Assembly (NCBI GenBank): GCA_050251945.1
Contig: JBFWLW010000006.1
Span: forward strand, 32,001 to 96,000
Source of the DNA: Deferribacterales bacterium
Lineage (GTDB): Bacteria; Chrysiogenota; Deferribacteres; Deferribacterales; Geovibrionaceae
DNA length: 64,000 nt
Reading direction: 5' to 3'
A program made the translations under genes and the position numbers. The notes beneath the pieces are model-generated. The model was not told the origin of the DNA and searched no databases. It saw only the letters and a program-made list of their open reading frames with translations. Below, one piece after another: positions 56,856 through 64,000 of the stretch. Every line of letters starts with the position of its first letter. Positions within the stretch are counted from its first letter, which is position 1.

Positions 56856-58798
56856 TTCGTCTCCGGTAAAAGTATTTTAAACTCGCACCCTTCGCCCGGC
56901 GCGCTGTGAACCTCTATGAAACCGCCGCTGTCCATCACCACCTGTTTAACGGTGGCAAGTCCAAGCCCGGCTCCTTTGCGTTCTTTTGTGGTAAAAAACG
57001 GTTTGAACATGTTTCTCTGGTCGTTTTTGTCTATACCGCGCCCGGTGTCTTTCACCCTGAGTTCAAAGAACATTCCGTAATGCATTTCATTCTTTGAAGT
57101 AGTAACGGTTATAATGCCCCTCTTGTCCATGGCGTCCGCCGCGTTCTGGCAAAGATTGACAATCATCTGTATGTATCTGCTCTCTGCTATCTTTATCATC
57201 ATTCCTTCAGACGTGTCGGAATAAAGGATTGAAACGTCCGGCGGCAAAAGGTTCGACGCGATGTCGATAGCCATGGAAGTGAGCTCTCTTCCATATCTGG
57301 GTTCCGGTTTCTCCTCTGTGTTCCGTGCGCTTTGCAGAACTTTCTGGATATACATTCTTGCGCCGTCCACAATACCGTTTATACTCTCCAGATGCAGTTC
57401 CCTCTTTTCATCGTCATCTGCGCGCTCCGCCAGCCCGAACTGCAGAGATATGTTCTGCAATATATTGCTGAAATCGTGCGCCATTCCCGATGCAAGCGTT
57501 CCAACCGCCTCGCGTCTCTGTGCAAGATAAAAGCTGTTCTGCATGTTTTTATAATCCGTGATATCCGTGAAGACCGAAAGTACCGCCTGCGTACCTTCGC
57601 TGTCCATGAGTATTGCACTCACCGACACGTTCATTATTTCGCCGCTGCTTTTGACAATACCAAACTCTCCGAAGTTTTCCACTTCCCCTTCGTGCATGTT
57701 ATCCAGTCTGACGCGGAACTTTTCTTTTTCGCGCACATAGTCAAAAATGTTTCCATTTGAGTTTTCGGAACATTCAAGCTCACGGAACTTGCTGTTCTGT
57801 TCAATAATATTGCCGTTTTTGTGATGCACGACAATATATTCGGGAATCGCCTGAAAAAGACTTTCGTTCTTTTTGCTCAACATGTTCAGGTGGCGGGTTC
57901 TGTCTGCTATCTCATCGGAAAGTTTTTTATTAACTCTGAGCATCTCGATTATTATAAGCAGGATAAGCGCGCCAAGGGGCAAAAACACAATTACAATCGC
58001 ATAATCGCCCGCCCATGGGAAAAAGCTGAAGACAAACTGCCTCTTATACTTCTCCGTGGTGTATATAAGGCAGAATTTTGTGCCGTGAACTGAAAAATCG
58101 TAAAAGCCCGCCTGTCTGCTGTCATATTCTGCCGTGTTGCCGTGTTTGATGCCCGCTTTCAGCCTGATCAGCTCCTGAATCTCGCGGTTGTTGGGATACG
58201 CTCTGACATCGTCGATGATAAGCTCGCTCCTGCCGCCGCTGTTCACACCGTTCCAGTAGCCTTTTATCCCCTTGTCATCCATAACGGTGAAGATGTCGTA
58301 TACGGAGCCGCTGAAAACGCCATCGCGCATAACCGGATAGATGAATATCATGTTGCGGCTGCTCTCTAAGTTAAGAAGACCGATATAGACCTCTCCGCGT
58401 TTAACGGTTGAGGCTATTTCGTCATTTTTTGGCGCAGGGATTGAGCAGTCGTCCGCCCCAAGTGTGATACTTTTAATTATCTCAAATCCGCTGTCGGTTA
58501 TGCCCGTGCTGAAACATTCCCCAATGCTGTAATGCTTATCTATAAATTCAGAATATTTCTGGAGGCGCTCCTCCATTTCCTGCGGGTTTGCCGCCGCGGC
58601 AACGTCCCCAAGGTTGTCCTCCCGCTCGTGGAGGATATGCTCAATGAAACGTCCGATGAGTTTAGAATTGCCCGACGCTTCCGCGGAATACTTGCCGGTA
58701 AGGCTTTCGTCGGACTCCCGACCTGAAACAAGTATCACCACGCTGCCTATGGCAACAATAAACATCAGTATTATAAGTCTGTTAAAAAATCTAAACAT
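56852..58798 (-). CDS. PAS-containing membrane sensor histidine kinase (NtrB-like core)
   Basis: GTLASGMAHDFSNIL, NLCQNA.DA, DTGRGI, FKPFFTTK, GLGL. Confidence 0.9.
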   Translation of the reverse strand: MFRFFNRLIILMFIVAIGSVVILVSGRESDESLTGKYSAEASGNSKLIGRFIEHILHEREDNLGDVAAAANPQEMEERLQKYSEFIDKHYSIGECFSTGITDSGFEIIKSITLGADDCSIPAPKNDEIASTVKRGEVYIGLLNLESSRNMIFIYPVMRDGVFSGSVYDIFTVMDDKGIKGYWNGVNSGGRSELIIDDVRAYPNNREIQELIRLKAGIKHGNTAEYDSRQAGFYDFSVHGTKFCLIYTTEKYKRQFVFSFFPWAGDYAIVIVFLPLGALILLIIIEMLRVNKKLSDEIADRTRHLNMLSKKNESLFQAIPEYIVVHHKNGNIIEQNSKFRELECSENSNGNIFDYVREKEKFRVRLDNMHEGEVENFGEFGIVKSSGEIMNVSVSAILMDSEGTQAVLSVFTDITDYKNMQNSFYLAQRREAVGTLASGMAHDFSNILQNISLQFGLAERADDDEKRELHLESINGIVDGARMYIQKVLQSARNTEEKPEPRYGRELTSMAIDIASNLLPPDVSILYSDTSEGMMIKIAESRYIQMIVNLCQNAADAMDKRGIITVTTSKNEMHYGMFFELRVKDTGRGIDKNDQRNMFKPFFTTKERKGAGLGLATVKQVVMDSGGFIEVHSAPGEGCEFKILLPETK

Positions 58799-58892
58799 AT
58801 ATTCTTCTTATGATTATTCAACAGTGCTTGACCTAAGCCACTGTTATGCCATAATTTTAAAAAGCAAATGTCAATTGTGCAAGAGGTATATC

Positions 58893-60728
58893 ATGTCAGA
58901 CACTTTTAAAAAGCTTAACGCGCCTCAATCCGTTGTAAAAAATGCGGACAAGCTGCTTAAACCTGCTTCATACGATATCCGTGCCTATGTGGGCGAACCG
59001 GGGAATTTCTTCACTGAAAAGGCGGTTCTGACCCCCGAAGCGATTGAAACAATAGGCAGGATACTCGGCTGTCAGGAATTCGTTCTGCGTTCGGGAGTCC
59101 GTATGAGTCTTAAAGCTGGCGACACAATTGTGATTGGCTACGACAACGGTCCGACATCGGAGCCGCTGGCGGCGGCAATGGCGAAAGGACTTGTAAGTCA
59201 GGGGATAAACGTTTACGACATAGGCACATCATCCTCCGGTCAGGTATATCAGAACCAGAACCAGCTCGGAGCGAAGGCGCACGTACAGATAACCCGCTCA
59301 CATGTCGAGGTGACAACCAACGGTGCAAAGTTCGGTATTTCCACACAGGGCATTCACACCTATCTTCTGGAACAGATGAACGTCTTCCTCAAGGAACAGT
59401 ATCCGGTCAGAAATCTGCCCGAATCTGAATACGGCAAAATATACGATAAAAAAACGGAAGGCAGAAAAGCGTATTTCGATAAGATGAAAGCCGTATACGG
59501 CGAATATTTTGCGAAAAGGGATAACTCCATGGTCGCCGTGAACCTTTTCGGCGGCACCGGACTTCAATATAAAGACCTGTTCCTTGATATTCTCGGTAAA
59601 GATACGCTCATTCTCGGTGACAACATAGACGTTAACAGCGGCAACGTTCTTGCAGACCCCACCCGAAAAGAGATGCTGGCAAAAGTTCCGCACCTTCAGG
59701 AAGCGCTGGAAAGTGGCAAACGCGTCCACTCCTTTGACCTTGACGCCGACAGAGGCTCACTTACGGAAGGTTCCGAAGCACTCACGGTTTCAGGAACGGG
59801 ACATTACCTCGGCGACGCACTCGCTTTTATTCTTGCCGACCACAAGCTGAAACTGACTCTGCCGGCTCTCAAAGCCTTTCTTACGAAAAAAGGCATTAAC
59901 CCTACCAACCTTAAAGCCATAGATAAGATAGCGAAAACTTTCTACATAGACGCAAGATATACCGGAGCGGTGAAACAATATGTCGAAGCCCTCGGCGGGA
60001 CAACCGTATTTCACCCGAAAGGTCACTCCCTCTGGAAAGAGACAATAACGGAAAACATGAAGCTACTGTCATCTCTGGCAGGATACGACTCCATCGACCT
60101 GTTCGTTCAGGAAACAGGTTACAGAGACCTCCAGATAGAGGCAAGTCTGCACTTCTTCTCCACGGACACTAAGGACGGAATTCCCAGAGACGATGCTGTG
60201 GAGAATATCTTCATCCTTGAACAGGTCATAGACGCTCTCGGTATTAATAAACTGGCTGACTACTTTAAAACGATACCCGCCAGATTCGCTACAAAAGAAA
60301 TACGCACCGTTTCCGCCTCAAACGAACAGAAAGAACAGATAACCGCGGAAGCAGTTGCGGCATTGCGTGAGCTGTTTACGGGTAAGACAGGATTTGACGT
60401 TACGGAGTTTGAAGGTCAGATAAGAGTTGATTTTTCCGAAGGATTCATAATGTACGGAATGTCTAACACGTCGCCCAAACTGACTTTCATGGCGGAGGGA
60501 AGCACAGTCGAAATGCGCAATAAAGCGCTTGCTTTCGTTTTGGCGCTGCACAACAGCCTTAAAAAGAAATACGGCGACAGCGAACCCATGGATCTCTCAG
60601 AAAACGATTTCTTCGTTAAAGACAGCTCGTACGGCATGACGGAACCCGATAATGTTACCATGAACGATAAGCCGGCTGACGATTTTATCGTATGGTGCGG
60701 TATAGAAAAAAGTACAATGGATTACTGA
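58893..60728 (+). CDS. Divergent alpha-D-phosphohexomutase (PMM/PGM-like)
   Basis: YDIR, IGYD, ITRSH..NGAK (phospho-Ser loop), FDLDADR metal loop, SNTSP. Confidence 0.75.
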   Translation: MSDTFKKLNAPQSVVKNADKLLKPASYDIRAYVGEPGNFFTEKAVLTPEAIETIGRILGCQEFVLRSGVRMSLKAGDTIVIGYDNGPTSEPLAAAMAKGLVSQGINVYDIGTSSSGQVYQNQNQLGAKAHVQITRSHVEVTTNGAKFGISTQGIHTYLLEQMNVFLKEQYPVRNLPESEYGKIYDKKTEGRKAYFDKMKAVYGEYFAKRDNSMVAVNLFGGTGLQYKDLFLDILGKDTLILGDNIDVNSGNVLADPTRKEMLAKVPHLQEALESGKRVHSFDLDADRGSLTEGSEALTVSGTGHYLGDALAFILADHKLKLTLPALKAFLTKKGINPTNLKAIDKIAKTFYIDARYTGAVKQYVEALGGTTVFHPKGHSLWKETITENMKLLSSLAGYDSIDLFVQETGYRDLQIEASLHFFSTDTKDGIPRDDAVENIFILEQVIDALGINKLADYFKTIPARFATKEIRTVSASNEQKEQITAEAVAALRELFTGKTGFDVTEFEGQIRVDFSEGFIMYGMSNTSPKLTFMAEGSTVEMRNKALAFVLALHNSLKKKYGDSEPMDLSENDFFVKDSSYGMTEPDNVTMNDKPADDFIVWCGIEKSTMDY

Positions 60729-60742
60729 TACGATAGGTCGTA

Positions 60743-60773
60743 ATTGCCGGAAGATTCAAACACTTCCGGCAAT
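60743..60773. terminator. Hairpin between convergent genes
   Basis: ATTGCCGGAAG...CTTCCGGCAAT 11-bp stem. Confidence 0.7.
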
Positions 60774-61678
60774 CAGACCATCCCCTGTGGTTTCAATTCT
60801 AACTGCGTGAGACCCGAATGTTTCTCATCGGGTACTTCTATGATTGAATACGAGTCTTTCGACTCTAAGAGAAGTCTTGCAAAAAGGTTATTCATCTGGT
60901 GACCGGACTTATAGGCGCGGATGTGTCCGAATATCCGGTATCCTGTCAATGAGATGTCGCCTATCAGGTCAAGCACTTTGTGTCTGACGAACTCGTCGCT
61001 GAAACGAAGTCCCTCAGGGTTCATTATGTAATCGCCGTCAATGACCACGGCATTCTCAAGGCTTCCGCCCTTTGCCAATCCCATCTGCCAGAGCGATTCG
61101 ACCTCCTGTTTGAATCCGAAGGTGCGCGCACCGGCTATCTCGTCTGCAAACGACTGTTCATCCACCTGAAAGAACGCTCTCTGCTGACCTATGGAACCGC
61201 TTTCAAAATCTATGTCGAATGTGACCTTAAAGAAACGCGAGGGGATTATCTCAACCCACTTGCCGTCCTTTTCCAGTCTGACCTTTTTATTGAATTTCAG
61301 ATATTTTCTGGGTTTACCCAGTTTTTTTAAGCCGACAGCGGCTATCATGGGGATAAAGGGCTTTGCCGAACCGTCAAGGATCGGAACTTCCGGTCCGGAA
61401 ACCTCTACCATGGCGTTATCCACACCCATTCCGTAAAGAGCGGACATGATATGTTCTATGGTGCTGACAGCATGTTCGCCGCATTTTATGGTTGTGGCGA
61501 GCATAGTTGACGTTACGGCATACGGCGTTACGCGGGTGTATTCAGACGCAACATCGCTCCGTCTGAAACAGATTCCTGAATCGGCAAAGGCGGGATGGAC
61601 GGTCATTGATATCTTCTGACCTGTGTGCAGCCCGATGCCCTCGATTGTAAAACTCTTTTTAATTGTTGTCTGTTTCAT
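60773..61678 (-). CDS. lpxC: UDP-3-O-acyl-GlcNAc deacetylase
   Basis: GIGLHTG, TIEH, EVPILDGSA, ARTFGF, HKVLDLIGD, KSGH. Confidence 0.97.
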   Translation of the reverse strand: MKQTTIKKSFTIEGIGLHTGQKISMTVHPAFADSGICFRRSDVASEYTRVTPYAVTSTMLATTIKCGEHAVSTIEHIMSALYGMGVDNAMVEVSGPEVPILDGSAKPFIPMIAAVGLKKLGKPRKYLKFNKKVRLEKDGKWVEIIPSRFFKVTFDIDFESGSIGQQRAFFQVDEQSFADEIAGARTFGFKQEVESLWQMGLAKGGSLENAVVIDGDYIMNPEGLRFSDEFVRHKVLDLIGDISLTGYRIFGHIRAYKSGHQMNNLFARLLLESKDSYSIIEVPDEKHSGLTQLELKPQGMV

Positions 61679-61689
61679 GCCCAGAAAAG

Positions 61690-61706
61690 AGCAATATGTG
61701 TGCCAA
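61690..61706 (-). promoter_or_regulatory. sigma54 (-24/-12) promoter of lpxC
   Basis: Minus strand TTGGCAC-ACATA-TTGCT matches TGGCAC-N5-TTGCW. Confidence 0.75.
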
Positions 61707-61804
61707 CGCTGAAACCCGCCACTGACAAGAATTTGTCAATAATTTGTATGAAAAATACAACAAAAAGGCGGGCTGTTATGTATTATTTTAGATACAGTTG
61801 ACTG

Positions 61805-63124
61805 TCAACCCCTGTAAAGATCTTTGAACAGCATATACTCTTTTATGAAAGAGAGTTCCACTTCCGTAACGGGACCGTTTCTGTGTTTTGCGATGATAAC
61901 TTCGGCAATTCCTGCTCTGTCGGACTGCTTGTTGTACACCTCGTCGCGGTACAGGAAGATGATCATATCGGCATCCTGCTCAATTGCGCCGGATTCACGA
62001 AGGTCGGATATCATCGGGCGCTTGTCTGCTCTCTGTTCAACACCACGGTTAAGCTGTGAAAGAGCTATGACGGGGATATTCAGTTCTTTTGCAAGAGCCT
62101 TGAGCGATCTTGATATCTCCGATATCTGCTGTTCGCGGTTATCTCCTTTCGTTGCACCCATAAGCTGAAGGTAGTCCACGAATATAAGGTCAAGCCCCTG
62201 TTCACGCCTTATCCTGCGGCATTTTGCACGCAGTTCAAGCGGTGTGATGGCTGGGGTGTCGTCTATGAACAGCTTCATATCGCCAAGAACACCTGCGGCG
62301 CTTGCCAGCTTCTGCCACTCCTCCATGGAAAACTTGCCGCCTCTCAGCTTGCTGGACTCAACGCCCGCCTGTGCGGCGAGAAGACGCTGTGCCAACTGGT
62401 GGGAGGACATTTCAAGGGAGAAGAACGCAACGCTGCGGTTATCTCTGTATGAAGCGTTGAGCGCAAGGTTAAGAGAAAACGCAGTCTTACCCATACCGGG
62501 ACGTCCGGCAACAATAACAAGGTCGGAGTTCTGCAGACCGTTCGTAACTTCGTTAAGGTCTTTAAAGCCTGTGTTGATACCGGAAAGCTGATCACTTCTG
62601 TGGAAGAGACTGTTCAGCATATCCAGAGTTTCATGCATCAGCGTACTCAGCGGCTGAACACCGTTCTTAAGCTTATGTTCCGCCAGAGAGAATATCCGTT
62701 TTTCTGCATTTTCAACAACTTCCGCCACATTCTCCGGCTGTTCGTAGCTGAATTCGGTAATCTCAACCGCAACGCCGATGAGCTGGCGCAGAGTTGCCCT
62801 GTCACGGACGATCTCCGCATAATGCCCGACGTTTGCGGAAGTGGGGATGATGTCCACAAGGGAGGAAACGTATTCAACGCCGCCAGCCCTTTTAAGGTCT
62901 TCATCAGACATTGAACCGATCACGGTAACAACGTCAACAGGTTTCCCCTGTTCCTGCAGCCAGAGTATCTTTCTGTAAAGGCTCTGGTGGGCGGGAATAT
63001 AAAAATCGTCCGCCTGTATTTTGTCCACAACTTTATCAAGAGCCTTATCATCAAGGAGTATCGAGGCGATGACCGCCTGTTCCGCCTCTTTGTTGTGCGG
63101 CGGAACACGTCTCATATCAGACAT
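61805..63124 (-). CDS. dnaB: Replicative DNA helicase
   Basis: PPHN.EAEQ, GRPGMGKT, VDYLQL, LSQLNR, SDLRESGAIEQDAD, KHRNGP. Confidence 0.98.
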   Translation of the reverse strand: MSDMRRVPPHNKEAEQAVIASILLDDKALDKVVDKIQADDFYIPAHQSLYRKILWLQEQGKPVDVVTVIGSMSDEDLKRAGGVEYVSSLVDIIPTSANVGHYAEIVRDRATLRQLIGVAVEITEFSYEQPENVAEVVENAEKRIFSLAEHKLKNGVQPLSTLMHETLDMLNSLFHRSDQLSGINTGFKDLNEVTNGLQNSDLVIVAGRPGMGKTAFSLNLALNASYRDNRSVAFFSLEMSSHQLAQRLLAAQAGVESSKLRGGKFSMEEWQKLASAAGVLGDMKLFIDDTPAITPLELRAKCRRIRREQGLDLIFVDYLQLMGATKGDNREQQISEISRSLKALAKELNIPVIALSQLNRGVEQRADKRPMISDLRESGAIEQDADMIIFLYRDEVYNKQSDRAGIAEVIIAKHRNGPVTEVELSFIKEYMLFKDLYRG

Positions 63125-63125
63125 G

Positions 63126-63569
63126 TTATTCTGCTTTCACATTAACTTTTACTTCGGCGTTGATATCCATGAATATTTTGACCTTTATGCTGTATTCGCC
63201 CGGTTCTTTTATATGGTCTTTCATGGCGATGTCTTTTTTGTCCACCTCAACACCGGCATCGAGCAGGGCTTTCGCGATATCAGAAGACGTGATGGCTCCG
63301 TAAAGCTTTCCCGTGTCCCCGCCCTTGCCTGTAATGGTTATGCCTGTCTTGTTAAGCAATTCGGCAAATGCTTTCGCTTCAGATATTTTAAGAGCTTCAC
63401 GGTCTTTTGCCGCCTGTTTTTTAGATTCCAGCGCCGCAATATTTGCAGGTGTCGCTTCAATGGCAATCTTCTTTTTGAACAGGAAGTTCTGCGCGTAGCC
63501 GTCCTTTGCCTCTTTTATCTCGTCTTTTTTCGCGACGCCTTTTACGTCTTGAAGAAATATTACTTTCAT
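63126..63569 (-). CDS. rplI: 50S ribosomal protein L9
   Basis: [28 protein letters not shown]. Confidence 0.96.
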   Translation of the reverse strand: MKVIFLQDVKGVAKKDEIKEAKDGYAQNFLFKKKIAIEATPANIAALESKKQAAKDREALKISEAKAFAELLNKTGITITGKGGDTGKLYGAITSSDIAKALLDAGVEVDKKDIAMKDHIKEPGEYSIKVKIFMDINAEVKVNVKAE

Positions 63570-63590
63570 TGTTCTGTCTCCCATTCCATC

Positions 63591-63663
63591 GACTGCTTCG
63601 GACACAGCCTCTGCATAGACAAAAAAAGTGTCTTCGCGAGGAACAATGTAACGAAGCGATCTC
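63591..63663. repeat. REP-like inverted doublet, family A (diverged)
   Basis: GACTGCTTCG..CTGCATAGAC-GTCTTCGCGAG..CGAAGCGATCTC. Confidence 0.75.
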
Positions 63664-63666
63664 ATA

Positions 63667-63999
63667 TTAATTGTTGTCAATATCTGCTAAAACATCAACT
63701 ATCTCATTGAAGGAATAACCCTTTCTGTAAAAATGAGCAATACATTTCTGTTTAAGCTCATAGGGGGTTTTCGCCTTCTTCGTTTCCATATACCGTCCGA
63801 CCATCTCCGCAAGCTGAGCCTTAGTGTCGATGCCCCGTTCGTCCGCTATGTCCTGCATATCGTTCAGGTCGGCGTCCACGCCCTTTTCGCGAAGCTCTTC
63901 GACTATGCGGTATTTACCATAACCCGATCTGAGCCTTGAGGCTATGAGATTTTTTCTGGCGCTGCCGTCATTTATGTAACCGTAATCTTTCAGCTTGAC
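63667..63999 (-). CDS. recX: RecX family regulator, 5'-truncated by window edge
   Basis: Frame open to edge: LKDYGYIND...[16 protein letters not shown]...FYRKGYS. Confidence 0.8.
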   Translation of the reverse strand, partial: VKLKDYGYINDGSARKNLIASRLRSGYGKYRIVEELREKGVDADLNDMQDIADERGIDTKAQLAEMVGRYMETKKAKTPYELKQKCIAHFYRKGYSFNEIVDVLADIDNN

Positions 64000-64000
64000 G

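Noticed and set aside
63570..63680. N-terminal extension of L9, and similar extensions of fabG, yajQ, iorA, ppx and the phosphomutase in the ORF track
   Set aside because: Extensions run through repeats or neighbouring genes; downstream starts match the family N-termini

Overview
Bacterial chromosomal window, mostly housekeeping. Gene content and codon style suggest an anaerobic Gram-negative organism, possibly Deferribacterales; this is inference only. It contains dnaA (without dnaN or a visible oriC), purMN, coaD/rsmD/rnc, the yceD-rpmF-plsX-fab cluster, hisFE, a TonB/ABC metal-chelate uptake operon, a polyphosphate operon (sixA-CHAD-ppx-ppx-ppk1) plus ppk2, glnE, lpxC, dnaB, rplI and partial recX. 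I saw no rRNA, tRNA, CRISPR array, transposase or prophage. Top finding: an unannotated 24-aa Phe-rich leader peptide (MNMNRTFAETSFFFFGFFWCSAFE, 36206-36280), apparently leaderless, with mutually exclusive antiterminator and terminator hairpins. It precedes two putative aromatic-acid-binding proteins and iorA-iorB-paaK, which points to Phe-sensing attenuation of an aryl-acid salvage route to aromatic amino acids. Other highlights: (1) 139-140 bp IS1182-like MITEs that duplicate palindromic targets and carry a REP doublet; (2) an att-like duplicated hisE 3' end; (3) a 38-aa Lys/Cys microprotein coupled to ppk1; (4) a catalytically degenerate Ppx paralogue; (5) a RomR/PopZ-like polarity protein; (6) a probable MqnK/MenK; (7) a sigma54 promoter giving a near-leaderless lpxC.
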